Shown here one piece after another: positions 39,990 to 53,219 of a stretch of DNA of 64,000 nt. Made by a program: the position numbers and the translations under genes. The stretch is from Nageia nagi (lineage: Eukaryota > Plantae > Pinophyta): NCBI GenBank assembly GCA_050084985.1, contig JBITNC010000001.1, positions 67,084,001 to 67,148,000 of the forward strand. The letters run 5' to 3'. The notes under the pieces are model-generated. The model searched no databases. It had not been told where the DNA came from and saw only the letters and a list, made by a program, of their open reading frames with translations. The first letter of the stretch is position 1. Every line of letters starts with the position of its first letter.

Positions 39990-40490
39990 AATCATTCAAA
40001 CTATTGCATCCACTACCGATATTAGTGAAGACTTACAAGATGAAATCATCCACTCCTGTGGTTTGTTCAATGCCACTATGATGCTTTTTCTTGTTGCTTT
40101 TCTTGACTTGTGCTATGAAGTGGCCAAGCACTGCAATTTTGATAAGAGAATTCAAATAGATATTTAGGGGAATGTTATTATTGACTTCATTCCAACATGG
40201 ATTGAAGCTGCTTTTGAGTGGAGAAGATATGGAGATGAATACACTGAAGCTCATTCCGTGCACTTCCATGATAGCACTACCAAGGCTGGGGACTGTATTA
40301 GACAGTAGCTTTATGAAGATTACCAATGCATCTAAGGCCAAAGATCAGTCAGTGCCCTCATAGAAGTGTTCATCCCCACAATATCTAAATTGATCACACT
40401 ATTATCTTGGGTCACAGGAGAAGAGAATGACACCAAGTATAGAAAGGAATACGCTGGCTCCATTGCCATGATTAGCTCCGAGATAAAGAA
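39990..40490 (+). pseudogene. ORF-X copy E, N-terminal half, on the + strand
   Basis: EDLQDEIIHSCGLFNATMMLFLVAFLDLCYEVAKHCNFDKRIQIDI*GNVIIDF..IEAAFEWRRY..FHDS..GQR..ITLLS..DTKYRK is colinear with the unit C copy (EDLPDELIHTCGFLNGTVIPFVVPFPDLCYTVAKRCKFDKRVLLDTEGNVIMDF). Confidence 0.9.
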
Positions 40491-40699
40491 TAGAAAAATC
40501 TTCATGCATGCCAACTTCGAGGAAGTCATTAAATAACACATGCAATCTGTAAATCAGCCACCATGATTCTAGTTATTTTCCAAAATTTTAAAAAATTTTG
40601 TGCTCAGTCAGCTAGGACAGTTGCGCACCAAAACTCGACTAAACCTACTATCATCATCAGTCAACCTGGCAAGTAGAGCACCAAATGTCAACTAACTTA

Positions 40700-41418
40700 G
40701 TTGTAATGACAACTTGTAATATTTTAATGTTTTTTTATAGAATTGGATCTTTTGTGGCTCTTTTCTAGTTTGAAAGTTTTCATTTCTTTCATTAAAAACT
40801 TTCAAGGTTTAGGAGAAAATTGTCGTTCAAATAGTCAAAAACACTTCAAATTGCTTCTAGTTTGCTACTTGTTTGCCTCTCACATATGAAACAAATGCTA
40901 AGTTCCTTTGATTGCATTGGTCTATTTCACGGAGTACAATAATCAGCCTTGTATTGCCTTGAGCTCTATACTCAAATATAATTGCACATTAATAGTTTAC
41001 TTTGAGCTAGATTGACTGAATGGAGACTTCATGATTGATTCGGAAAAGAATTATTTTAGACAATGCTTTGTTGTGACAATCATGTTGTGATCTAACCAGT
41101 ATTGAATCATTCTCATTTATTTGTTTTTTTTTTGCTTGCTTTCTTTTTTTAAAAAACCACAACTTTCAACTATTGCATAAACACCTTGTCCCTATAAAAA
41201 AACGTGAGTTAATAAATACTACCTCAATCAAATCAATTGAGTTAATTCCCCAAAACCATAGAAAATTGTGCTCCTACAATGTGAACACAAACAAACCTTG
41301 AGGTTTCAATCCTTTCAAGAGAAGGTAAGTTGCGCTAGCTCACCTAAATGTTGGGTTTCTTTCCCGTCTTGATCATGTAGGCGGTCGAAGAATAAAAGGA
41401 AATATTTCCTTCCAAACA
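40700..41418 (+). repeat. R/U5 end of an LTR related to unit A, in opposite orientation
   Basis: 41283-41418 (CTTTCAAGAGAAGGTAAGTTGCGCTAGCTCACCTAAATGTTGGG...TTCCAAACA) matches the reverse complement of 25237-25375. 40880-41020 matches ~25550-25680. Confidence 0.85.
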
Positions 41419-42811
41419 GAAGGGGAGAAGAGTTTTGATCCTTTTGATGTGCTTCCTTGAGCAAAAAAAATGATTTCCCTAGCTCCTCAATACCCATGTC
41501 CCACTGACATGTCCACAAGCATGCTAGGTGCATGTTTTCTCCTTTTGAGAGGGTAAACATGAAAATCAGCACTTAGCAAGGAGTGGTGGACTTTTGGTGG
41601 AATTTGAAACTTCCAAGAGCAAATAAACTTGATTTTTGATTCTCCCAATACGTATGTCTTAGAATTTTGATGGGACAACTTGGGATTTTGAGGTTTTTCA
41701 TTTGTACAACCATGGTAAGAGCCGATTTTCTCTTTTAAAGGCCTAAAACACCAAAAACCTACACCTAAGAAGGGAATGAGCAATTTTAGAGTAAATTTAA
41801 AACTTCAAAGTTTAAATCTTCTTCTTTTTCCAAGCTCCTCTTCACGCCATCTTTACATTTTGTATCAAATTTTCACAAAAAAGTCCTTTTTTCTTTATTG
41901 GCACAATTCAACTATCCTTGAAGCCATTAACATCGAAAAACTGATTTTAGTCCACCAAGGACCATCTTCAATCATTTTCACAAAGTTCCAAGCCTAAATA
42001 TGCCTTATTTTGAATTGCCTAAAATCTCATGCTATCAAGCCTTGAATTTTGCATGAAATCCCATCTTTTCTGTTCATTAGATGTTTCTCCTTATCCCTTG
42101 ACCATTTTCAAGAGCAAAGTTACCTTATTTCAAATTTTTCTCTTGCCCAATCTTCTAAAACTATGCTCACCACTTAGAAACACCATTCTCTAGAGTTAGG
42201 AATCTTGAAAGCTCCAAAATTTATAGTCTGCATAATTGAATTGTCCTAAACGAATCGTGAATAGCCTTTGTGCACCATCTTAAGCCGTAGGATCTCTTTC
42301 AGAACACTCAGAAGCAGTAGGTCAAACTCCCTTCACTATTCTAATCAAAAAGTGCATCTCCAGATTTGCAAAAATAGGATCACCAAAATCTTGTATTTTT
42401 GGTCAATGTTGCCCTATATACCCTAGTTATGTGGAATATTTAAATAACTCAAATAATTGCCAAATTAACTTTAAAAATATGATGATTCATGCAAGTGCTC
42501 AAAATAAGGAAATTAGGGCAAAATTACTCATTTGTTTAACTCATGCACAAACATTATGAAATTAAGCCAAGCAAATGAGATATAAAAATATATATAAAAA
42601 CCAATAATTTTGAAACACCAAATCGAACCAAGATCAATGTCTAAAGCAACTCCATGTGTCTCCAAAGGGATGACGTCTCACCAAGGAGCTAGGACACCAA
42701 AATGAAGATTCCAAAAATGCACCAAATTGTCTCCTTGATGTCTCCCTTCCTAACGCTTGGATAGATTCTAGGATCCATTCTTAATCTTCAAAAATAGACG
42801 GCTAGGGTACA
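41419..42811 (-). mobile_element. LTR (U3)-like fragment
   Basis: Minus strand starts TGTACCCTAGCC at 42811; non-coding LTR-like composition. No TSD or partner LTR found. Confidence 0.35.
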
Positions 42812-43139
42812 TCATCACGCTCTAGGGCTATCTAACGCTAATTTTTTGAATAAGAGTGGTTCAAGCCTAGTTGCCACCTCGAGAGGTTTCATCTGCAAGA
42901 TGGGCTTTTTATGTACAAGTTTTGTCTTTGAAGAGAGAGAAGCATGTACTCCAAAAAGGGGTGTTTAAAAGATATCATTACATGCTTTCAAGTAGTGTGC
43001 TCATATCCCTTTTATAGTGCTCTTTGGAGAAGAAGTCTTTAATAATTTCTAGTTGGCTCACCCATCCAAGACATAATCATTTCTAACTAATATAGACATT
43101 CCTATATTGGGTGTGCACGTATCGCCGATTGCTAGAAAA

Positions 43140-43560
43140 ATACAATAAAGAGGAGCGTACAACTTCATTTGACATAAGGAAATGGAACCCCTTGAATTTG
43201 GAATGTTGCAAATCTATCCCTTTCAAATTGCTTATCCCCAAGGAATTTGAAGGTAGAGCATAATTCTTTCCACATTCATCTTCATCTTAGAGTGTTGACA
43301 TGAGAAGAATTTTTGAGCATTCTCTTCCGAGACAATGGCTGGTCTTCGCCTTCGTTTCATAAGTATAAATAAAATCTACTAACTCATGTGAGTTACAAAA
43401 TCTCACACTTAGTATTTCAAACTTGTAGGGGTCTTTGTATGCTGATATCACGCACCAATCTTCTATATATTGTTGCCCAAAAATTAATATTTGTTTTTCG
43501 TCCATCCATATGTTTCCAAGCTGTTGATTAGGTAACACTCCCCATAATTTTGTAAAATTA
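43140..43560 (-). pseudogene. Retrotransposon gag-like remnant downstream of unit B
   Basis: VDFIYTYETKAK..CSKILLMSTL*DE / WKELCSTF resembles the Retrotrans_gag pattern F...YE...K..L...L....W.EL...F. Confidence 0.5.
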
Positions 43561-43909
43561 GGGGACCCTCCATCAGGAGAAGAGAAAAAATACTAAGCAA
43601 GGTTTGGGAAGTGAGGGATTTGCTTTAGTGAACATATTTGCATAACATAATGACCAAACAGCCCGAAGAGCAACTTTAATGTCCACCCGAAGAATTCCAA
43701 TACAATACCAAGCCTAAAAGGTGTGGTGTTGACCTTCAAGGAGCAAACTAGGGCATATCTAAAATGTCTCTCACTGCTGGAATGATATTCGGAACCATGG
43801 CACAGTACGCTCCCTCAAAATATGAACCCTCTACACCGAAGGAGCCCTCCTCAGACCCTAGCTAACCACCAAAGTAGAAGATATACCTCGGAATACATCG
43901 AATGGGCAA

Positions 43910-43922
43910 GGGTGTTGCACCA
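43910..43922 (-). promoter_or_regulatory. Putative primer-binding site (tRNA-Gly-GCC-like)
   Basis: Minus strand reads ...GACA-G-TGGTGCAACACCC, 1 nt after the unit B end. By my recollection of plant tRNA-Gly(GCC), the complement of its 3' end is TGGTGCACCAGCC, an 11/13 match. Confidence 0.6.
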
Positions 43923-45919
43923 CTGTCGTAGATGATCAAGATCCCTCAACCTGAAAGCCCTCCTAGAAGCTACACCTAGGAGACATGCTTAGCGCCGCTA
44001 AGTTTTCTTGTCCTCTGGACGATATAAAGTATAATAATAATCATGTATATTCAACAATAACGCTCCAATTTCTCCTTATACACTTGCTTTATCTGGATCT
44101 CACACAAAAGTCATCACTTGCGATTCCCACAATCATGATCGAGATCTCCAAGTACAATAATAACACCTAATCTAAGCTTGGGAAGGAGACGTCCCACTTG
44201 AGGCTCATAGTGGGATCCATTGACCCATTAAGTCTTCTATCCCAAGATACAAATATCAAATTACAATGCATTAATAAAATATATTACAAGAGGAACCTAT
44301 TAGATTCCAAGACTAATCTCTACCATGCAAGGAAGACGTCACAACAAGTTCAACGTTCGAATCGCTTCAAAGAGGAGCGGGAAGGAATTCTAATTGTCAT
44401 TACTCTAAGATAGGACCAATGCAATCAAATAGAGATGGAAGGTTCAATGTGAGTCAAACAAGATTTTGGATGAAGGATCTAGATAAATGTCATCAAATGA
44501 AAAATGAAATAGAATACCCTATCTACTTGTATGTTGAGAATCAAGCAACGAACATACTTTGCTTTCAAACACTTTGTGAAATGGAATAAGGATAATTTCC
44601 CTAAAAGTCATACTGCACAAACCAACTATGAAAGCTCTTAAATATACAATTCACAACACCAATATGAAAAGTTTCAAACTCAAGTCTTTGAGCATAACCA
44701 CTTTGTATTAATTTTGAAGAAGGATGTGCAAAGGTTTACAAATGTGCTCTCCACTTTCTAAAAGTTCTTCAATAATGAAGTTCTTAAATTAATGACACCC
44801 CATGTCTCTTATAGATTTTTGGAAACCCTTAAAGTGAATTTCGAAACCCTAATCCCTAATTACAAAATCAAAAGCTAATTACCAGCTAATTGAATACTAA
44901 TTCAGATTAAATTTTGACTTAGTAGAAATCCAATAAGTAAGCCAAAATTTGGCTAAAATATTAAAATTTGCAAAAATAGACCCCATCTATTCTAGCCATG
45001 GCAAGAAGATTGGTTGCACATGTGTTGCCGTTTTAGCTTTAAAATCTTCTCCCATGAAGGTCACAATATTTTGTATGACGCAATGGATTATCTGAGTGTT
45101 CCTTCATTTGATAGCAATTACTCCAAGATGGCTTTATTTTTCTAACAATTTCGTTGCACTATGCGACGAGTCTAACTCCTTTCATCTGCTTTCCTCTCCA
45201 TGAGCTATGTGGATCCTTTGGACACAACTGTTTCGTAATAGTGGCATGGATTGTTGTCATCACCTTCAAACAAAGGTATGTGGTATTCATATTCCTTTGC
45301 TTGTTCGCTAATAATGGCCTTGAGTTGAGTCTTTATGTCAATGAAATTGGTGGATTTGACTTTGATATAGAACAAGTAATCATAAAGCTGGAATCAGTCA
45401 TGAAAAAATCTAGCAGGATCAAGTGATGTGAAGCCTTTCTCTGTAATCAAACATTATGGAGTATCCCTTCTTCCATCGAATGATTAAATTGTCTAGTCCT
45501 TCCACCAGAGAATGTAAACCCTCCTCCTCAAAGTAAATTATCTCATATGGTGCCTTTGAAGGATATATGAAACTTGTATTTGGTATAAGAGATCTGATTA
45601 GCTTGTGTTTCTTTTTTAAAAGAAATAAAAACAAGTTTTACCTAGTTTTGAAGTGCCTTACTCGATTATGGGGGCACATTCAAAGCTGCATTGTTACCTG
45701 TATACAAAAATATTAAACACCTAAAAAAAAACCAAACTAAAAAAAAACCATTCAAAAAACAAAATAACATAATTTAAAAAATAACTTAAAGATTATACCT
45801 GAAATGTTCACAACACCCTGTTTCTTAAAAAATTTTTTCAAATCCCATACAAATTCAACTCTAAAAAATCTAAAAGCAAAAATGTATTAAACTAATGAAT
45901 GGATAAACTAAAATGAATT

Positions 45920-46362
45920 AAACCCTAAAAATTCTAAACCCTCCAAATTTTAAACCCTAAAAATTTTAAACCCTAAAAATTTTAAACCTTAAAAATTTTA
46001 AAAATTTTAAACCCTAAAAATTTTAAAAATTTTAAACCCTAAAAATTTTAAACCCTAAAAATTTTAAAAATTAAAAATTTTAAACCCTAAAAATTTTAAA
46101 CCCTAAAAATTTTAAAAATTTTAAACCCTAAAAATTTTAAAAATTTTAAACCCTAAAAATTTTAAACCCTAAAAATTTTAAAAATTTTAAACCCTAAAAA
46201 TTTTAAACCCTAAAAATTTTAAACCCTAAAAATTTTAAAAATTTTAAAAATTTTAAAAATTTTAAACCCTAAAAAAATTTTAAACCCTAAAAATTTTAAA
46301 CCTAAAAAAATTTTAAACCTTAAAAATTTTAAACCTTAAAAATTTTAAACCCTAAAAATTTT
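45920..46362. repeat. Minisatellite of AAACCCT alternating with (AAAAATTTT)1-3
   Basis: About 18 perfect and 4 variant AAACCCT units, each separated by 9-bp AAAAATTTT spacers. Confidence 0.97.
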
Positions 46363-48912
46363 ATACCAAAACATGCACACGACTTGGAAAAAACAAAGTT
46401 ACTTGTTCTGCCTGAAAGAACAGGTTACCCCAAGCACTCACATCGAATATGGTCCAGGGCACAATAGTCAAAGATGCATGTTCTTACCCGTATACAAAGG
46501 AAATTCACACCATCGGGGTTCTTCTCCACAATGAAGAAAGACTACAAATGTGAACAAAAGAGAAGAAAGATCATGAATGCAAGGACAAACACAAGGATAA
46601 GTGCATAGGAATATGAAGAAAGATGAACTTATGAAGATATCACCAGTGATGCAGTGTCTCGACAAGTCATCTCCTGTTTCATTAAAAAAGTGTATTCACT
46701 ATCAAATCGGTCAACAAATTGCAATCTATGCTCAAATCGCTACCAGGCGAGAGCAAGAAACTGTAGGGTCTTGGTGGAAAACTCAATGGAGCATGGATAA
46801 ATGAAGGGAGCGCATGAATACATAGGCCTAACCAAATGTCCTAGAGACAAGCTATACTCCCCAGAATACATTCACTTGCATGCAAATCATGCAAAGAATA
46901 GCTTAATCCACTTCAACAAATATTCAATATCCAATTTTAGAAGGAAAAACTATTCAGACTTGCATAATCCCACAAATGCGAATCTCCATAGTATTAACTT
47001 TATAGCACTATTCCCAAAAGAAATAAATTTATAATGATATTCAATGATATAAGCAATAACATTCCTTGCCTGATAGCAGTATCCTCAACATGATATTCAA
47101 AGTATAGCAGAGATGTAATGATACAAAATCATAACAAGCATATTATGTAGCGAACTTCTATGCGGTGGAATGCTGAAATCTTAAATATGCAAATTCACAT
47201 ACATGCAAAATCTTCACAAATAAACAATGATATATACAAATGGCACATATGCTATATATTCTTCAGTTTTTCAAATGTAAAGAAATTCCTTCAATTCTTA
47301 CAAATGCAAAACCTTATGCAATCACTGTTATGCAAAAATACCGAATGCCAAAATCCCCTTCTAAATGGCCTCGATGGAGTACATATAGGCCATCACAAGT
47401 GTTACCCTAAAGGCATCAAATCCGATATGGTGCACACACATGCGACACACATACCGATACAAAATTAGATTGTTCACGTAAAACCATGCAAGTGGCACAT
47501 AAAATTGACATAATAGAAATGCCACTATCAAAAATGAATTTAATCTATGCAGAAACAAATCAATATGCAGTAAATGTCTAACATCTAAACTGGCAAGAGA
47601 AAAATCTCATCCCTGCAACAGTCATAGACATAAATGAGTATGACAGATTTGATCTAGCGACAGCAAAACCTTATCCCTACACCAATGAAATAGGGTAACT
47701 GAAGTCTGAGCATAACAACAACTATCATAAAATATACATTTAACAAAAGAAACATAATCGAGACGGAATCTACGAGTGGATTGGATCTATGCCAAATTTG
47801 ATCTCGTATTTGTAGAGTTCAACTCCTCGTTGGTGGACCGTACGAGTCAATGGTCTCCTCCAAGAAAACCATAGTCTTCCACATGCCCTTGGAGTTCATG
47901 CCAACAATTTTGCCATTTTGCCTAAAATAGTTTTATTGGTATGTTTTTCCTTCCGCACCCAAAACATGCACAACACTTGAAGGAAACAATGTTACTTGTT
48001 TTTGCCTTAAAGGACTTATTACCCCAAGCGCTCACATGGAATATGGTCTTGATGGCTCAGGAGTCAGAGATGCATGTTGTTAACCGTATACAAGGGAAAT
48101 ACATGTCGGAGATCCTTTCCTTAATGAGGAAAGACTGCAAATGTGAACAAAATAGATAAATGCAAGGGAATGCGAGGAAAGGAAAAGACCTATGAGAACG
48201 TCATCAGGTATACATGCCTCGGCAGGTCATCTTCAAATTCATTAAGGTCAATACACTCACAATTAAACATTTAGCAAAGTAGCAAATATGCTCCAATCAC
48301 TACCAGACGAGAGAAGGAAGCTATAGGATCTTTATGGAAGACTCATTGGAAACGGTAAAGATGAAATGAGGGCGTACGTGTAGTAATCTAACCGAATGAT
48401 ATAAAGAAAATTTGTAGGCCTCAAAATATATCCACTTGCATGAAAACTATGCAAAGAAGGATCAAACTGTTTCACAAAATAATGAATATGCAGTTCATAG
48501 AAAGAACCATTTAGATATGAATAATCCCTAGAATGATGTTCTTCACAGTATAACATTATGATTTTATTCCTCTAAACGAACACATTCATGATGATTTTCA
48601 ATAACAGAATATGCAGCAATCTTCTATGCAATGGAATGTGAATCTTATGACATTGAAGGCCGAAAATGATTGTACAAATAAACTCAATAGCCTCAATCTC
48701 AAACTGCAAGAACTTCACTATATAATGCTTTCATCATATCCAAAAGTGCAATGCAAAATAGTACAAAGATCATATGCATAAACTCTTCATGTCAAAATCC
48801 CTCATGCAAAAATCTCGTATGTCACAATCCAAATCTAAATGGTCTGAGTGGGGTATAAATAGGCCACTAGAAGTGATGTCTTAAAAGCATCAAATCTGAT
48901 ATGGTTTGCACA

Positions 48913-49001
48913 AAAACAACACACATACCAATACAAAATCAGATATCTTCATACAAAACAACACACATACCAATACAAAATCAGATATCTTCATACAAAA
49001 C
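48913..49001. repeat. Perfect 42-bp tandem duplication
   Basis: AAAACAACACACATACCAATACAAAATCAGATATCTTCATAC x2. Single copy in the homologous C region (~47440-47480). Confidence 0.95.
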
Positions 49002-49299
49002 TATGTAAGTGGCATTCAAAGATGACAAAATATAAATGCCACCGCCGATATGCATCTACTCTACATTTAATCTATGCAACAAAAAATCAGATATGAAATA
49101 AATAGTTTGAAAAGCTCCAGCATCTAAATCGATGGGAGCAAAACTTCATCCCTGCACTGGTCAGAGTCATAAATGAGTCTAAAGATTTGATCTGGTAGTA
49201 GCAAAACCTCATCCCTACACCACTCCAATCAAAATAAAGTAGAGTTTGACATAACCAACATAACCATATGTATGGAACACAGAAAAAAGTACCACAAAT

Positions 49300-51690
49300 G
49301 AAGTCTACTAGTGAATCACATCTAGGCTACATCTAATTTGGCGCGGACAGAGTTCCACTCCTCACACACCCCTGGAGATCATGCCAACAGTGCTACCATC
49401 CTATCAAAAGTATCCTTCAATATTCTTGGATGTAGCCTACATATAGTCTATCCAGATGACCATTTGCCTCTTGTGGATGATGCTCTGCCTTCAGCAAGTT
49501 GAGATCATCAACTTGAAGATGTTCCTGGACTAGGTTCTCGACCTCAACCAATACCGCTTCCTTTTTATTGACAAATTTATCTTCCCCTTGGAACTTGAGT
49601 TGATAAAGATACTCACTCATTTGTTCCTCAACCTCCTTTCACAAGGGGATAGGACAGCGTTGCACATCTCAATTGCATGGTTAAATCAATCATGGTGATA
49701 AGTGAACTCATGAGAGGGGGCAAACTTTTATGGGTTATTAGCGAAAATATGTTGCAAATGGGAAACGTTGGGAAGTTATCTATCCAATGTACTGAGGTGT
49801 GCTGAAATATACGTTTTCAGATCTCTCATCTCAACACCCTCGGCAAGGAGTTTGTAAACCTTTGAAGGCAATCTTTCAACGGCCTCCATCACTTCATTCT
49901 TAAGCTGCTCCTTCATGAATTCTGATCCCTCATGGAAAGAAGTCTGCTTTTGTAACTGTAAAGGAGTGGTACTAATTTTTTGGAACTCTTATATGATCTT
50001 CCTGCTAGCCGTGAGTTCCTTCTTCAACTTCTTCACTTCCCTTTTGGCTTCATAGCCTTCTTGCTCCATGACTGCAACATTTTGGGAGACAATATGTTTT
50101 CTGGTTGTTAACCCTAGCTTAACCTATTCTTGAATGTCTCAATGACGCAATCCTCTGCTCTCCGAGGTGCTTCTCCTTGAGTAAAAATGGTGATGGAAAT
50201 GTCCTTTCGAGAGGTGGAAACGAAAGTGTCCAACCTTTGAATCTTCTCCCCTCTTGAAAGCACTTCTTCCTCATCATCAGAATGCAAGTCTTGGTCTATA
50301 ACACAGGCATCCAAGTTAAGATTTGGATGTTTGGTCATTGGTCGAGGGGAAACCTTTGAACCAGCAATCTTCCTTTGTCAATTTTCTTGACCTCTTTCAC
50401 TAGAGTGGTCTGCACAACAACCATTTCCTTGCCATGATGTTCCTCCTGCCTTATCTTCTTCTCATCACTCATCTTGGTAGAGGACTTATTGAAAGAAGGG
50501 GACTTCTTCCAATGTTCGATAGGAGAGGACTTGTATGCAACCACCTCTCTAGCCGTTTTTTTCCAATTATCCGGACGTCATCATGATAGGTACCAACGTC
50601 ACTATCCAATCATCAGGGATGGTTTCAATCTCGATTTCATCAAGTGCTAAGCACCTCCAGCTATGTCCTCTTGCTCATGCATATTGGCAGCATTGCCAAC
50701 ATCATCATCTTCTTCTTCTTCCTCACTATGACTCTCCGATTCTAAAGCAGAATACTCCACCGTAAGGTTAGGATCTTCAATCTCTTCATCGGAAGAAGAA
50801 GAGGAATGCTCAAAACCAAAGCTAGAACTTTGTTGCAAAGCGGGAACTTTCATCTAGCAAACTCCTTGGATTAAACTTTGCCATGTACCAACAATACACC
50901 AAATAAGAGTTCATATAGAATCTCTTCGAGGAGCCGAAAAGGACAATTGATAACGCAACGCATCACTAATTACCCCAGCCCATTGGATAGGTCTCCCCAA
51001 ACTCAACAATAAAACCTATGCACTTTCTCCAGTACTTAACATCATTTTATTTACTCGTCACTTTGGACAACAGGGTGATCAATTTTGCTGCAATTGTCAG
51101 GAATTCATCTCTCCGTGCATTGATCAACCTCTGCCCTTGAAGGTTTTGAAACTTTTAAGTAAACAAGGTCAAATATAGTCTCCAGGTCGGGCCATGGATT
51201 CAAGAAATTCTTAAGAATGGGTCAAAGGACAATCGTCCCCATAACTCTTCCAGCCAAAGGTTGCTTCAATTCCAGTAGGAGAAAAGTCCTTCATCATGTT
51301 GGCTTATGATCCTGCAGAACCATTGTGCCATAATCGCATTTCTTGGCCACTTCAGTATCCAGGTTTGGGAAAGGTATTGCAAATGGAATTATGGCGGCAT
51401 TGAACAATTCGAATGTGCAGATGTGCTTCTCGAATAAGACCTCTTTGCTGATGGACAATGTGGAGGCTAGGGTCAGAAAAAGATCAAGGCTTACCCAATT
51501 TGTATCACCAACGAGAAATGTGTTTCCCCTTGAATTTGGCTTCAAGTAGCACTGTTTTTGTCTTCTGTTAAAAGTCTATTAGGCTATCCTTCACAAGCCT
51601 TGTCATATGGCTTTTTGTTACATAACTTTCGAACAACTAGCTCGAACTTTCCAGGCTCTCAATGGAGGTGTTTTGACATTTGAAGCCATG
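49300..51690 (-). pseudogene. ORF-X copy in unit D, internally deleted
   Basis: AIIPFAIPFPNLDTEVAKKC; IQWAGVISDAL..FYMNSYLVY; acidic SSSSDEE..EEEEEDDD; tail YLYQLKFQGED..KKEAVLVE. Lacks blocks present in C (~54810-55435 and ~55450-55750). Confidence 0.88.
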
Positions 51691-51949
51691 AAAGGTATTA
51701 CTCACCTCCTCTTTCAACTCCAGACGTCTGACCAATCTAGGCGCACAGTTCTGTATGAGTGCAAAAGCACAACTTGAAAAGTATGCGCTAGGCCTAGGGA
51801 CACTTTAGTCTTTCAAACACAATTCTTCAATCCAGATTTGGTCTCAAGTACTGCCTTGAAGGTATGCGACTAGCTTCAAGGGTAGATATGAAATGCCTTA
51901 GCCAAAAAAGGCTACCTCAATGTCCAACGTCCCTAAATCCTCCTTTCCT

Positions 51950-53070
51950 CCTTGGTCGCACATTTCAAAGTGAGTGCCTAGCCATGCAAGAGAAATGGTG
52001 CGAGAGAGTTCAAAAATGAATATGCAATGTTTCTCAGTGCTTTTCTTTCCTTGGTCACATGTTTTGAAATGAGTATCCAAGCATGCAAGAGAAATGATCC
52101 GACTAAGAAGAGGGGTGATTCTGGAATGATGTTCGAAATACTAAAAAAGGGGGTGATATTTATACGTTTGTATAATTGCCAAGTGTCACTTCGTTATTAA
52201 GCTGTCTAAGGGTCAAATAGAAGGCCCACAACAAGGTCGCATGTTTCTTGGAGTGTGCAAAAGGACGGGTTGAAAATGACGTGACTGGCAAAGGGGAGTG
52301 ACTTGGCCAAATTTCACATTGATTTTAAAGACTTAGCCCCTAGTCACACCGTTTTGGGTGGGTGCCTAAAGCACATGCTTAAATCTTTGAGCCTGAATCC
52401 TGGCATATTTCCTAAAGCCTTAGCCCCTAGTCACATGCCGAGGAAGGAGTGCTTTTTATCCTATTCTCCAACGCTTTGCTCCTTGTCAAATTTGCACACA
52501 GAAATGAAGGGGTCTGACTTCCCTTTTATAGCTCTCTAGGTGGGACACATGTCACCATGTGATAGACATACAAATAGGTACAATGCACAGGCTCCCACTT
52601 GTCAACGCGGCTCAATATTTAGACAATTTTCCTCTCTTCCCTCTAGTCGCATGGTTTTGGACAAGTGCAAAAGGACTCATATAGATCCTTGCGACAGCCT
52701 TTGAGGCTCCAAAATTTCACTTAGTATCCCCCACATTGGTCGCATGCTTTTTGGTGAGTGCTAAAAGGACTCATCTCAAAACATGTGACAATGAGAAAAA
52801 AATACTAAAGGGACTCCATGAAATGCATGCGACAACAATATGCATTGAAAAAACGCAAAGTGTGAGATGATGTCCAACCTAGTCACACCTTTCCTAGAGG
52901 GTGCAAAAGCACTCCCTCAAAAACATGCCACAAGCTGCAAATGGGGTTCCTACAACATGGAGGCCCTCAAGATGCTTTTGAACCTGATGCAAGTGACAAA
53001 AACGAGGAAGGTTGATTGGTCGCATTGCTTGAGAGTGATGCAAAGCACTCATTGAAAAACATGCGACATA
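51950..53070. repeat. Dispersed ~50-bp palindromic units in the U3 of D
   Basis: GTCGCA..TTTT..GAGTGC-AAAA-G(C/G)ACTC..AAAACATGCGAC variants at ~52235, 52341, 52644, 52738, 52880 and 53018. Confidence 0.75.
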
Positions 53071-53219
53071 CTGAAAAATACAAGATTTCGACTTCAACTA
53101 GAATGAATATGCAGTTTAAACACGTTCCTAGGATTAGACCGAAAGATGTGCATCTTCTTTGATAAATTTTTCTGCAATTCCTCTTTGCTTTCATTGGGAG
53201 GTGTTGTGTACACACAAGA

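Larger units (their letters stand above)
47934..53219 (-). mobile_element. Unit D: 5286-bp ORF-X-bearing solo-LTR-like element nested in C
   Basis: Decayed termini TATTGG...CACACAAGA; flanks AGTTT/AGTCC. Rejoined C (CCTAAAATAGTCCCCGATCTGCTCGGATATAGCC) aligns without gaps to D's own homologous segment at ~49404-49437. 47955-49400 is homologous to 46366-47930. Confidence 0.8.

Noticed and set aside
40037-40546. Apparent minus-strand host exon (AG...GT bounded, 510 bp) overlapping ORFs 40033-40341 and 40332-40541
   Set aside because: All three minus frames contain stops, and the + strand is clearly an ORF-X copy.
42830-43130. Possible chromovirus integrase tail or chromodomain on the minus strand
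   Set aside because: Only faint motif resemblance (HPI.., KAHLADETS) across several frameshifts; not supportable by eye.
45920-46362. Interstitial telomere or chromosome-fusion scar
   Set aside because: Heptamers are never contiguous, each is separated by AAAAATTTT, and the array lies inside a TSD-bounded element.
46366-49400. Apparent LTR pair or tandem duplication (46366-47930 vs 47955-49400)
   Set aside because: Better explained by nesting of D in its relative C; the rejoined C junction is colinear with D's own sequence.
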